From Bacteroidales bacterium (GTDB lineage Bacteria > Bacteroidota > Bacteroidia > Bacteroidales > GCA-2748055): DNA of 64,000 bases. Made by a program: the position numbers and the translations under genes. The stretch's first letter is position 1, and every line of letters starts with the position of its first letter. The notes beneath the pieces were generated by a model, which saw nothing but the letters and a program-made list of their open reading frames with translations, had not been told where the DNA came from and made no database searches. Location of the stretch: NCBI GenBank assembly GCA_020636775.1, contig JACJXF010000008.1, positions 1,797 through 65,796 on the forward strand. The letters are read 5' to 3'. Below, piece after piece: positions 1 to 8,515 of the stretch.

Positions 1-4
1 ATCA

Positions 5-76
5 CCGTGACGACCGTGACGACCGTAACGTTCGTAACGTCCGTAACGTCCGTAACGTCCTTCACGTCCTTCACGT
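5..76. repeat. Tandem array of eight 9-nt units (CGTNACG core)
   Basis: Contiguous units are CCGTGACGA x2, CCGTAACGT/TCGTAACGT x4 and CCTTCACGT x2. Each variant is duplicated in succession. The array probably continues left of the window edge. Confidence 0.85.
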
Positions 77-105
77 CCCTTACCCCGCAACTTTCCTCCC
101 CCTGT

Positions 106-142
106 AAAAAAAGCCCCGCAACCGGAACCTCCGACGCGGGGC
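106..142 (-). terminator. Rho-independent terminator of hsp20
   Basis: On the minus strand there is a GCCCCGC/GCGGGGC 7-bp GC stem (136-142 / 113-119) with a 16-nt loop, followed by a T7 run (complement of A-run 106-112). It lies 27 nt downstream of the hsp20 stop. Confidence 0.8.
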
Positions 143-168
143 AAATAAATCACCGTTACTTCAAAAAA

Positions 169-600
169 TTATGAAATACTAATTTGTCTTGGACCTTTCT
201 CAACAGCCTCCGGCTTTTTGGGAATGTGAATGGTTAAAATACCATTGTCATGTTCAGCCTTGATCTTTTCACCATTTACCGTATCGGGCAAAGTAAAGGA
301 TCTTTTAAATGAACTGTAGCTGAACTCCTTCCTCATATAACCATCATTATTCTCTTCGTGGTTTTCTTCTTTTTCAGAAGATACGGTAAGGACATTTTTA
401 GAAAGATCAATCTTGAAATCTTTCTTGTTTAGTCCCGGAGCTGCAAGCTCAACGCGGTATTCAGTTTCGTTTTCGGCAATATTTACTGCCGGCCTTGTGG
501 AGGTCATTGCGCTATTCAGCGTTTCACTCCACCAATCGGTTCCAAAAATATCATCAAATACGTTTGGTAACCATGTTGCTCTTCTGTTTGCTGGTAACAT
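169..600 (-). CDS. Hsp20/alpha-crystallin family small heat shock protein
   Basis: 143 aa. The alpha-crystallin domain pattern is VNIAENETEYRVELAAPGLNKKDFKIDL...LTVS...FKRSFTLPDTV...IKAEHDNGILTIHIPK. An AAGGAGGA element precedes the ATG. Confidence 0.9.
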   Translation of the reverse strand: MLPANRRATWLPNVFDDIFGTDWWSETLNSAMTSTRPAVNIAENETEYRVELAAPGLNKKDFKIDLSKNVLTVSSEKEENHEENNDGYMRKEFSYSSFKRSFTLPDTVNGEKIKAEHDNGILTIHIPKKPEAVEKGPRQISIS

Positions 601-811
601 AATTAAGTCCTCCTTATATTTAGTTAAACATCGAATTCTTTATCCTAAACTTTTCAAAGTTTGTACCAATGCTTAAAACGCTAGTAATAAGGACACTATG
701 GCATATTTTAGCTAAATAATAGTGACAAATCGGCAGCGTCTGAAGTATTTTTTTCAGTAATTGAAAGGAAGCAAATTGAGAAATTAAATAGCAGGATCAG
801 GTTTCAGGGAA

Positions 812-2446
812 TCAGGATTTATTTTTTTTCTGAAGGTCAATAATCTCCTGTTGAAGTTTTTCTTCCCTTACGGCAGATAACTCCTGGGTAGACCGGAGTT
901 CTTCCATATTCTGGCGCATCTCTTCTTCCTGGGCGGCCATCTCTTCAGCCTGCTGGCGGGTTTGCTCGAGCAGACTGGCAGTTTGCAGGTTTATTTTGAC
1001 TTTTGAAATGGAGGTGGCGATGTTCTCACCTATGGTTTCCACAAATTGAATCTGGTAGCGTTCGTACATTGTAAATGAGGCCAGCTCAATAACTCCGTAA
1101 ACATTTTCATTAAGATGAAGGGGAACGATCAGTATACTTGCTGGCTGACTATCGCCCAGACCCGATTTGATGGAAAGGTAATCTTTGGGTAAATCGGAAA
1201 GGAACAGGGTCTCATTTTCCTGAACGCAGCGGCCTACAAGGCCTTCTCCGACCAATATTTTTTTATCCAGAAATTTCTGCCGGTCGTATGCATAGGCAGC
1301 AATTATCTCAAGAAATTTTCCATCATTCTCATCCTCATTCATAATATACAGGGCTCCGACCTGTGAAGAGGTATAAGTTGCAATCTCACGGATAAGTGAA
1401 TAAGCAAGTTCTTCAAGTTTGTCGCTGGAGATTCTGAGAATATCATTAATTCTAGCTATTCCTTCTGCAGTCCAGCTTCTTTCTTTATCCTCCTTCTGTC
1501 TTCGTTCTTCTTCTTCGCTGGCTTTTTTCAGGTTGTTCTGAAGATCCAGCAGGGCAATTCCCAGCTCATCCTTATCGCTCAGAGGCTTAAAGTTGTTATT
1601 GAACTCCTTTTTATTAATTTTCTGAGATACCTGGGTCAGATTTTTCAGGTAAGCAAAAAGCTTATTCATCTGTGTGAAAACACTTCCTGTTTCATCATCA
1701 CGGATATTCTTTATTTCCTGAGGGATGATTCCCTGTGTAAGGAGTTTAAGTTCAGCATTCAGCTTTCTTATGAACTTCCTTATAAATCCAAATATCCAGA
1801 ATGAAATGCCAAATATGCCCAATAGTAACAGAAAGGTAAATCCATATATGGATTTTCTGATTTTAATGGCGCTTTCTTCAATAAGCCTGAAATTTTCATT
1901 CATCTCAAGCCTTCTTTTATCGCGGAGGTAGGTCAGATTCTGCTCAATCTCCGACTGTAAAAACACTATGCTTTGATCATTGATAAAATCACTCATTTCA
2001 GGAACCTCATCCGATTCAGCCTGCAGACTTCTGTAATCAGAAATCAGATTCAGGTAGGAATAGAACAATGAGTCCCGGATTAATTGACTGGTTGTTTTAT
2101 ATATCCCGACATCCTCAGGACTCCATTTTACAGAGTAAACCGATAATTCTTCGATAACCGCATTAAGTTCATTCTGAAACAATTCTTCCATATTGTTTCT
2201 AAAATCTGCATCTCTTGATTTACCTGCATTTCCCCAATATACCAGCAGGTCTTTGGAATCCTGATATTTTTCATTTAAATCCGAGAGGTAGGTAATGGAT
2301 GGCTGAAAATTATCAGAAATGACCCGGGTGAGAATATCTTTCTCCTTTATCTGATGAGAAAGGTAGATGGAAAAATACACGATCAGAAGGGATAACAACA
2401 AAACAACTGCCAGTAGTCGTTTATATAGGGAGAGCTTAAATTTCAT
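812..2446 (-). CDS. Membrane-anchored GAF-domain sensor protein with coiled coils and no recognisable output domain
   Basis: There are two hydrophobic segments (LLAVVLLLSLLIVYFSIYL and FTFLLLLGIFGISFWIFGF). The GAF-like region is ALYIMNEDENDGKFLEIIAAYAYDR...LVGRCVQENETLFLSDLP...ILIVPLHLNENVYGVIELASF. The C-terminal heptad-rich tail is QQAEEMAAQEEEMRQNMEELRSTQE. I place the start at ATG 2446 rather than the TTG at 2464 used by the ORF track. Confidence 0.75.
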   Translation of the reverse strand: MKFKLSLYKRLLAVVLLLSLLIVYFSIYLSHQIKEKDILTRVISDNFQPSITYLSDLNEKYQDSKDLLVYWGNAGKSRDADFRNNMEELFQNELNAVIEELSVYSVKWSPEDVGIYKTTSQLIRDSLFYSYLNLISDYRSLQAESDEVPEMSDFINDQSIVFLQSEIEQNLTYLRDKRRLEMNENFRLIEESAIKIRKSIYGFTFLLLLGIFGISFWIFGFIRKFIRKLNAELKLLTQGIIPQEIKNIRDDETGSVFTQMNKLFAYLKNLTQVSQKINKKEFNNNFKPLSDKDELGIALLDLQNNLKKASEEEERRQKEDKERSWTAEGIARINDILRISSDKLEELAYSLIREIATYTSSQVGALYIMNEDENDGKFLEIIAAYAYDRQKFLDKKILVGEGLVGRCVQENETLFLSDLPKDYLSIKSGLGDSQPASILIVPLHLNENVYGVIELASFTMYERYQIQFVETIGENIATSISKVKINLQTASLLEQTRQQAEEMAAQEEEMRQNMEELRSTQELSAVREEKLQQEIIDLQKKNKS

Positions 2447-2558
2447 AAAAACGCAATTAATCAATAAAAATAGACAATTCTCTTCATAATGCCATGCAAA
2501 TTGCCGGTGGAAGATTTGTCAGGATTGAACCACATACCTTTAGAGGTTTATCCGGACT

Positions 2559-3746
2559 TTATTCCTTTCCGTTAAAAAACTCGTTCACGGCTTTTTCCAG
2601 TTGCTCAAGAGCTTTCTTCAGCATTACACGGGGCAGGGCAATGTTAATCCTTTGAAAGCCACTTCCGCCGGGACCAAACATGGGTCCGTCGTTAAAACCC
2701 AGTCCGGCTCTCTGAATTACAAATTCCTTCAGTGCCTTGTCGCTCAGGCCTAATGATCGAAAATCAAGCCATATCAGATAAGTAGCTTCCGCCTCAATTA
2801 TTTTAATCTTAGGGATTCTTTTTTCAAAAAACTCCTTCATAAACTCATAATTACCATTGAGGTAAACCAGCATCTGATCAAGCCAATCTTCTCCCATGTT
2901 ATAAGCTGCCTCCATTGAGGTAATCCCGAAAAGATTTCCCATTCCGATATGAATATGATCCAGGGTCTTTTCATAGCTTTTACGTAAATCTTCGTTGCTA
3001 ATTATTAAAGCCGAGCTGCCCAGTCCTGCCAGATTGAATGTTTTACTCGGAGCAATGCAGGTAACAGTTATTTCTGCAGCTTGCGGAGAGATGGTTGCTA
3101 AAGGGATATGCATGTTCCCGTTCAGCATCAGATCCGAATGGATTTCATCGGAAATAATAATAATTTTTTTCCGATGGCAGATGTCAACCAGCTGTTCAAG
3201 TTCATGTTTCGACCATAATCTTCCAACCGGGTTATGAGGGTGGCACAAAAGAAGCAATTTTGTTTTGTCATCAATCTTCTTTTCCAGATCTTCAAAATCC
3301 ATTTCATAACGACCATTTGTTTCCCTGAGCTGATTGTACACCAGTTCGCGATCATGATTTTTCACTGCGGTAAAAAAAGGAAAATACACCGGAGGCTGAA
3401 CAATTACTTTTTCTCCGGGTCTCGTATAGCTCAAAACCGCCATGTTCAGGGCTGGAACCACCCCCGGACTAAATGAAATCCAGTCTTTATTTATATCCCA
3501 GGCATGCCTGAGTTTCATCCAGCGGATGATGCTATCATTGAAAGACGCACTGCGAAAGGTGTAACCATAAATAGGATGATTGGCTCTTTCAATAACTGCT
3601 TCCCGGATAAAATCGGGAGTCTCAAAATCCATATCGGCTACCCACAATGGAAGAAGGTCAGCTTTTCCAAAAAACTCTTTTCTCAGATCATATTTTACAC
3701 AGGAAGTATTTTCCCTTTGCGTTATTTTATCAAAATCGTATATCAT
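2559..3746 (-). CDS. PLP-dependent aminotransferase class I/II, MalY/PatB-type cystathionine beta-lyase
   Basis: 395 aa. The N-terminus DRENTSCVKYD...LPLWVADMDF is typical of PatB/MalY C-S lyases. SKTFNLAGL contains the PLP lysine motif. Confidence 0.8.
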   Translation of the reverse strand: MIYDFDKITQRENTSCVKYDLRKEFFGKADLLPLWVADMDFETPDFIREAVIERANHPIYGYTFRSASFNDSIIRWMKLRHAWDINKDWISFSPGVVPALNMAVLSYTRPGEKVIVQPPVYFPFFTAVKNHDRELVYNQLRETNGRYEMDFEDLEKKIDDKTKLLLLCHPHNPVGRLWSKHELEQLVDICHRKKIIIISDEIHSDLMLNGNMHIPLATISPQAAEITVTCIAPSKTFNLAGLGSSALIISNEDLRKSYEKTLDHIHIGMGNLFGITSMEAAYNMGEDWLDQMLVYLNGNYEFMKEFFEKRIPKIKIIEAEATYLIWLDFRSLGLSDKALKEFVIQRAGLGFNDGPMFGPGGSGFQRINIALPRVMLKKALEQLEKAVNEFFNGKE

Positions 3747-3759
3747 AATCAGGATTTAA

Positions 3760-4233
3760 TCATTTGTAAAATGCTTCCTTGCCGGGGAATGAAAACTTAA
3801 GCTTTGCCATCTCCTCGGAAAGCACAAAATAGTCGGCTTCCCCCTCAGTACACAATTCGCCTTTTGAATTAAACAATTCAACTTTTAATCTGGCAATTCT
3901 TTTGTTAATTTCCAGCAGGTAACATTTGAGCGAAACCGGCTTATCATCAAGAACCACCGGTTTTTTGTATTTTATTTCAAGTCGGGAGGTAACGCCACCG
4001 GTATTGGCTTTTACAAAAATGGTCCAGCCTGCAATCTCATCAATAAGGCTTGCCTGTATTCCTCCATGAAGAACATTATGGTATCCCTGGAAATCAGGAT
4101 TTGCGATCCACTCCGATTTAACACAATCTTCCGTTTCGGTAAATTTCATTTTAAGACCGATAGGGTTGGTGTCGCAGCAACCAAAACAATTATAACCGGG
4201 TATTCCTGTCCATGGATTTGATAAGATTCTCAT
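3760..4233 (-). CDS. PaaI/hotdog-fold thioesterase
   Basis: 157 aa. CFGC...NPIGL at the N-terminus and the HGG motif (NVLHGGIQASLIDE) are characteristic of PaaI-type thioesterases. The gene lies 13 nt upstream of the aminotransferase on the same strand. Confidence 0.7.
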   Translation of the reverse strand: MRILSNPWTGIPGYNCFGCCDTNPIGLKMKFTETEDCVKSEWIANPDFQGYHNVLHGGIQASLIDEIAGWTIFVKANTGGVTSRLEIKYKKPVVLDDKPVSLKCYLLEINKRIARLKVELFNSKGELCTEGEADYFVLSEEMAKLKFSFPGKEAFYK

Positions 4234-4284
4234 CTGAATTTATTTTAAAGCAATAAAGCTCCGGTAAAAGTATTAATTTGCAGG

Positions 4285-4318
4285 TTTGATACAAACTCTG
4301 CAAGGCTTAATAATTTTG
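4285..4318 (+). promoter_or_regulatory. Bacteroidota-type promoter for rsmA (-33 TTTG, -7 TAATTTTG)
   Basis: TTTG lies at 4285-4288 and TAATTTTG (TAnnTTTG consensus) at 4311-4318, with a 22-nt spacer. The motif is 72 nt upstream of the ATG. Confidence 0.4.
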
Positions 4319-4389
4319 AGCAAATACAACTGGGAATTTTAGGCTGGGAAAACTTTTTCTCAAATCTCTCAGACAGTAAAAAAGGAACC

Positions 4390-5166
4390 ATGGTACGACC
4401 CAAAAAACATCTTGGACAACATTTTCTCACCGATCCGGGTATTGCAAAAAGGATAACCGACAGCCTGTTACCCGGTGGGAGTAGCAATCTTATTGAAGTG
4501 GGTCCCGGAAAGGGTGTGCTAACGGAATTTCTTTTGTCGGAGAAGGATTTTAATCTTCTGCCTGTTGAAATTGACCAGGAGTCGGTTGATTACCTTATCG
4601 ACCATTATCCGGGGATTGAATCTAAGCTTATTCGCGGAGATTTTCTTCAGCTCGATCTGAATGAGCTTTTTGGGGGAGAGAGCTTTCGTATTATCGGAAA
4701 TTTCCCGTACAACATAAGTTCGCAAATATTTTTTAAGGTTCTCGACTATACAGATCAGATAACTGAGGTGGTTTGCATGGTACAGAAGGAGGTTGCCCAG
4801 AGGATCAGTTCTCCTCCCGGAAATAAAACCTACGGAATACTTTCAGTATTGCTGCAAAGCTGGTACGACATTGAATATCTTTTTACCGTTGGACCCGGTT
4901 CATTTTTTCCTCCCCCCGAAGTTCAGTCGGGAGTTATTCGCCTTACCCGCAACAAGAGGAAAGATCTTGGAGTGGACCCGGCAAAATTCAAACAGGTTGT
5001 CAAACTGGCTTTTAATCAGAGAAGAAAGATGTTGAGGAATTCTGTAAAGGGAATGCTGAATGTGGATGTAATGGAGAATGTACTGTTTCAGAGAAGACCT
5101 GAACAACTTTCCGTTGAGGATTTTATTTTGCTTACCCGCTTTATTGAGGAAAGTCATGGGAAATAA
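4390..5166 (+). CDS. rsmA: 16S rRNA (adenine1518/1519-N6)-dimethyltransferase
   Basis: 258 aa. The sequence has KKHLGQHFL at the N-terminus, the VGPGKGVLT SAM motif, GNFPYNISS and FNQRRKML, which are classic KsgA/RsmA motifs. Confidence 0.93.
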   Translation: MVRPKKHLGQHFLTDPGIAKRITDSLLPGGSSNLIEVGPGKGVLTEFLLSEKDFNLLPVEIDQESVDYLIDHYPGIESKLIRGDFLQLDLNELFGGESFRIIGNFPYNISSQIFFKVLDYTDQITEVVCMVQKEVAQRISSPPGNKTYGILSVLLQSWYDIEYLFTVGPGSFFPPPEVQSGVIRLTRNKRKDLGVDPAKFKQVVKLAFNQRRKMLRNSVKGMLNVDVMENVLFQRRPEQLSVEDFILLTRFIEESHGK

Positions 5167-5188
5167 TCTTTCGAGCTTTTTTTAGCAA

Positions 5189-5478
5189 GGAGACACGGAT
5201 TACACAGAGGAATGCCTGGAAAAGTGCTTTTTGACTAATTGTATTTAAGCAAAAATAACCCTCCGTTGTAAAATTTCAAAGTAACGAAGTAACGAAGTAA
5301 TGAGGTAATGAGGTAACGAGGTAACGAGGTAACGAAGTAACGAGGAACGTTAATTCACCGGACTCTATCTGAGTTTACCTGGCGCATTTGACTGAATGCC
5401 GGTAGTCAGACGCTAAAGCTTAAAACTAAAAAATTTTGTTTTCTCTGTGATCTTTGTGCCATGTAATCAGTGTCTTCG
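5189..5478. repeat. Imperfect inverted-repeat-bounded noncoding element enclosing an octamer array (MITE-like)
   Basis: The left arm AGACACGGATTACA (5191-5204) matches the reverse complement of 5462-5475 (AGACACTGATTACA) at 13/14 positions. A second CACAGAG(G)AA block lies on both sides. There is no ORF inside. Confidence 0.35.
5281..5349. repeat. Tandem array of about 8.6 octamers (GTAAYGAR)
   Basis: The units are GTAACGAA x2, GTAATGAG x2, GTAACGAG x2, GTAACGAA, GTAACGAG and GAACG. The array sits in the 395-nt spacer between convergent rsmA and the ABC permease gene. Confidence 0.9.
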
Positions 5479-5561
5479 TGGTATTAATCCGGATATGCAC
5501 AACCCTATGTTGCCGGAAACCTCTTTAGCCCAGCCCACCAGTCTGAAAAAAATACAAAAAA

Positions 5562-6818
5562 TTAAAAAGTAGTATTAATAGCCGAGACAGGATCCATTCT
5601 TGCTGCAGACCAGGCAGGTGCCAGACCTGAGATTAGTCCGATCAGACTGGATATTCCCAATCCCATTAAAATATTCCCGAAAGTAAGATCGATGGTAAAG
5701 CCGGCAGTAAGGCTGATAATCATGGTCCCGGACCAGACAAGGAACAATCCTACTGCTCCGCCAAAAACCGATAAGATTACTGCTTCGAAAAGAAACTGAA
5801 GCATTATAAAGAAGCGTTTTGCTCCCAGAGCTTTTTGAATTCCTATCTGGGTGGTTCTTTCCTTTACCCCAACAAACATAATATTCGCAATTCCAAAGCC
5901 GCCAACAAGTAAGCTGAAAATCCCGATAAACCAGCCTGCCATATTAAGCACTTTAAAGAATCCGTCGAGAGAATTGGTAATCATACTGGTCTGATTAAGT
6001 GCAAAATTGTCATCGGCATTAGGCTTAATTCTTCTTACTGAGCGCATTATCTGTCTGAGCTCTTCCTTAAGCTCATCGTTACTTATATTCTCTTTGGCCC
6101 TGACCCATATTTCAGGATTCATTTCTTCGCTGCGAATATCGATTACATTTCTTATAAAGGTTACAGGTACGAGTATAGATTCGTCCATGGAATCGGAGAA
6201 AGTAGCTTTTCCTTCTTTGGCAATCACTCCCACGACCTTCATTTTAAAACCATCTACACGAATTGTTTTGCCCACCGGGTCGGTATACGGAAACAGGCTT
6301 TTTGCTATTGAATATCCGATAACCGCAATATTTCTGGCACTTTTAATCTCAAAGGAGGTAAGGTACCTTCCATTTTGTATTTCAATGGTCCGGATTTTCT
6401 CTACATTGTTTGAAACACCAATAAACCTTACATTTTCAACCTTATTGTTTTCAAACTTGGCAGTTTTCATGGTTGAAACAACAAAACCGGCATCCTGCGC
6501 CCTGACCGACCTGTACTCAATTTCCTTATACTCCTTGTAACTTGGAACGGGTCTGTTTACATATTTCCACCATTGGTATTCGGTACCGTTTTCTTCTGTC
6601 CATGGCCATTTTTGAATATAAATGATATTTGTACCCAGGGCTGTTAGACTGGTACGGATATTTGATTCGAGGGAGTCGACTATGGTAAATACCGAGATAA
6701 TTGCAAAAATTCCAATGGCAATTCCGGTCAGGGAAAGAATGGTTCTTAGTTTATTTACAATGACCGACTGAAAAGCAAAAATGAAGCTCTCTTTAATGAG
6801 TTTAATCAGTTTCAACAT
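5562..6818 (-). CDS. ABC transporter permease, MacB/FtsX family
   Basis: 418 aa. It has an N-terminal TM helix, a large periplasmic MacB-type domain, and a C-terminal FtsX 3-TM bundle (IGIQKALGAKRFFIMLQFLFEA...). Confidence 0.88.
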   Translation of the reverse strand: MLKLIKLIKESFIFAFQSVIVNKLRTILSLTGIAIGIFAIISVFTIVDSLESNIRTSLTALGTNIIYIQKWPWTEENGTEYQWWKYVNRPVPSYKEYKEIEYRSVRAQDAGFVVSTMKTAKFENNKVENVRFIGVSNNVEKIRTIEIQNGRYLTSFEIKSARNIAVIGYSIAKSLFPYTDPVGKTIRVDGFKMKVVGVIAKEGKATFSDSMDESILVPVTFIRNVIDIRSEEMNPEIWVRAKENISNDELKEELRQIMRSVRRIKPNADDNFALNQTSMITNSLDGFFKVLNMAGWFIGIFSLLVGGFGIANIMFVGVKERTTQIGIQKALGAKRFFIMLQFLFEAVILSVFGGAVGLFLVWSGTMIISLTAGFTIDLTFGNILMGLGISSLIGLISGLAPAWSAARMDPVSAINTTF

Positions 6819-6945
6819 ATCTATTCAATAATCTTTGGAAAGCTTTTAAAATTCAAATGAAACCACTTCCTTTGCAAGGCAAAAAAAAATAATCTGAGGG
6901 CTTTCAGATAAACTTTAAAAGTACCTATTTTTAATTACTTTTTAA

Positions 6946-6953
6946 TAACTTTG
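6946..6953 (+). promoter_or_regulatory. -7 box TAACTTTG upstream of purH
   Basis: The sequence matches TAnnTTTG and lies 25 nt upstream of ATG 6978. No clean -33 TTTG was seen. Confidence 0.35.
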
Positions 6954-6977
6954 TGACATTTTATTATCAGTTTGGAA

Positions 6978-8501
6978 ATGAATGAATTAAAACGGATTTC
7001 TTCAGCACTTATCTCTGTCTATTACAAGGATAATCTTGAACCCATCATCGACTTGCTCAAAGAATTAAAGGTAAAAATAGTATCTACCGGTGGTACAAAG
7101 CAGTTTATCGAAGAAAGGGGCATTGAAGTGCAATCAGTTGAAAGTCTGACTTCCTATCCTTCCATTTTAGGGGGAAGGGTAAAGACTCTTCACCCGAAGG
7201 TTTTTGGTGGAATCCTTGCCCGCAGGGATGAAGCAGGCGATCTGGAACAATTAAAACAATATGAAATCCCCGAGATTGATCTTGTGATAGTGGATCTTTA
7301 TCCTTTTGAGGAAACCCTCAAATCAGGTGCCGATGACCAGTCGATAATTGAAAAAATTGATATTGGCGGAATTTCTCTTATTCGTGCAGCCGCCAAAAAT
7401 TTTAAGGATGTTCTTGTCGTTTCCGGAAGAGATCAGTATGAGGAATTATATGCTCTTCTTAAGGAGAAAAAAGGTATGAGCAGTATTGAAGACAGACGTC
7501 GTTTTGCCGGAAAAGCCTTTCAGGTTTCCTCACACTACGATACTGCCATATTTTCCTATTTCGACAAAGACGAGTTTTCATCCTTTAAACAGAGTCTTTA
7601 CCCGGGCAAAAAATTGCGCTATGGGGAGAATCCTCATCAGGAAGGATTTTTCTTCGGAAAATTTGAAGAGATGTTCGATCAGCTTCACGGGAAAGAAATC
7701 TCTTACAATAATTTGCTCGATATAGATGCAGGCATCGGTCTGGTATCTGAGTTTGAAGAAACCACTTTTGCTGTGCTGAAGCACAATAATGCCTGCGGAC
7801 TGGCATCACGCGATAATCTTCTTGATGCCTGGAAAGACGCCCTTGCAGGTGATCCGGTTTCGGCTTTCGGTGGAGTGCTGGTAACCAATGCAAAGATCGA
7901 TGCTGCCACTGCTGCTGAGATGCACAGTTTGTTTTTCGAAATAGTGATCGCACCTTCCTATGAAGAGGAAGCTCTGGAAATCCTGAAACAAAAGAAAAAC
8001 CGTATAATTCTGGTGCAGAAATCAGCTGAACTATCTGACAGGATAAGCAGAACTCTTCTGAATGGGGCTGTTGTACAGGACAGGGATGTGTATACAGAAA
8101 CTGAAAAAGATCTGAGGGTTGTTACAAATACATCCCCCGATAAAAAAGAAATTGAAGATTTATTATTTGCAAATAAGATCGTTAAGCATACCAAATCGAA
8201 CGCTATTGTGCTGGCAAAAAACAAGCAGCTCATAGCCAGCGGGGTAGGACAGACATCGAGGATTGATGCACTAAAGCAATCCATTGAAAAGGCAAAAAGC
8301 TTCTCCTTCGATCTGAAGGGAGCTGTTATGGCATCGGATGCTTTCTTCCCATTTGCCGACTCCGTTGAGATTGCCTATAATGCAGGTATCAGGGCGGTTA
8401 TTGAGCCCGGAGGATCGGTGAAAGACCAGGACTCGATTGATTTTTGCAATTCGAAAAACATGAGCATGGTATTTACAGGAATAAGACATTTTAAACATTA
8501 G
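6978..8501 (+). CDS. purH: Bifunctional AICAR transformylase / IMP cyclohydrolase
   Basis: About 507 aa. Motifs include ALISVYYKDNL, STGGT, GRVKTLHPKV.GGIL, KHNNACG and MASDAFFPF. I place the start at ATG 6978; the ORF track starts at TTG 6972. Confidence 0.95.
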   Translation: MNELKRISSALISVYYKDNLEPIIDLLKELKVKIVSTGGTKQFIEERGIEVQSVESLTSYPSILGGRVKTLHPKVFGGILARRDEAGDLEQLKQYEIPEIDLVIVDLYPFEETLKSGADDQSIIEKIDIGGISLIRAAAKNFKDVLVVSGRDQYEELYALLKEKKGMSSIEDRRRFAGKAFQVSSHYDTAIFSYFDKDEFSSFKQSLYPGKKLRYGENPHQEGFFFGKFEEMFDQLHGKEISYNNLLDIDAGIGLVSEFEETTFAVLKHNNACGLASRDNLLDAWKDALAGDPVSAFGGVLVTNAKIDAATAAEMHSLFFEIVIAPSYEEEALEILKQKKNRIILVQKSAELSDRISRTLLNGAVVQDRDVYTETEKDLRVVTNTSPDKKEIEDLLFANKIVKHTKSNAIVLAKNKQLIASGVGQTSRIDALKQSIEKAKSFSFDLKGAVMASDAFFPFADSVEIAYNAGIRAVIEPGGSVKDQDSIDFCNSKNMSMVFTGIRHFKH

Positions 8502-8515
8502 AAAGAAGTAAAAAT

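Noticed and set aside
1-174. Open plus-strand frame running through the nonamer array (ITVTTVTTVTFVTSVTS...)
   Set aside because: It could in principle be the tail of an upstream gene, as happens with the PAP2 gene. However, it would read through the strong hsp20 terminator hairpin and is pure low complexity. It cannot be decided without sequence left of the window, so I did not call it.
5480-5530. Apparent similarity to the C-terminus of the adjacent ABC permease (INTT and ISGL.P), which would parallel the lysS tail duplication
   Set aside because: Both peptide matches come from the same nucleotides read in different frames, and the nucleotide match is only about 12 nt. It is probably chance.
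6007-6540. 177-aa plus-strand ORF
   Set aside because: It is antisense to the MacB/FtsX permease gene. Its Ser/Leu-rich composition is typical of shadow frames.
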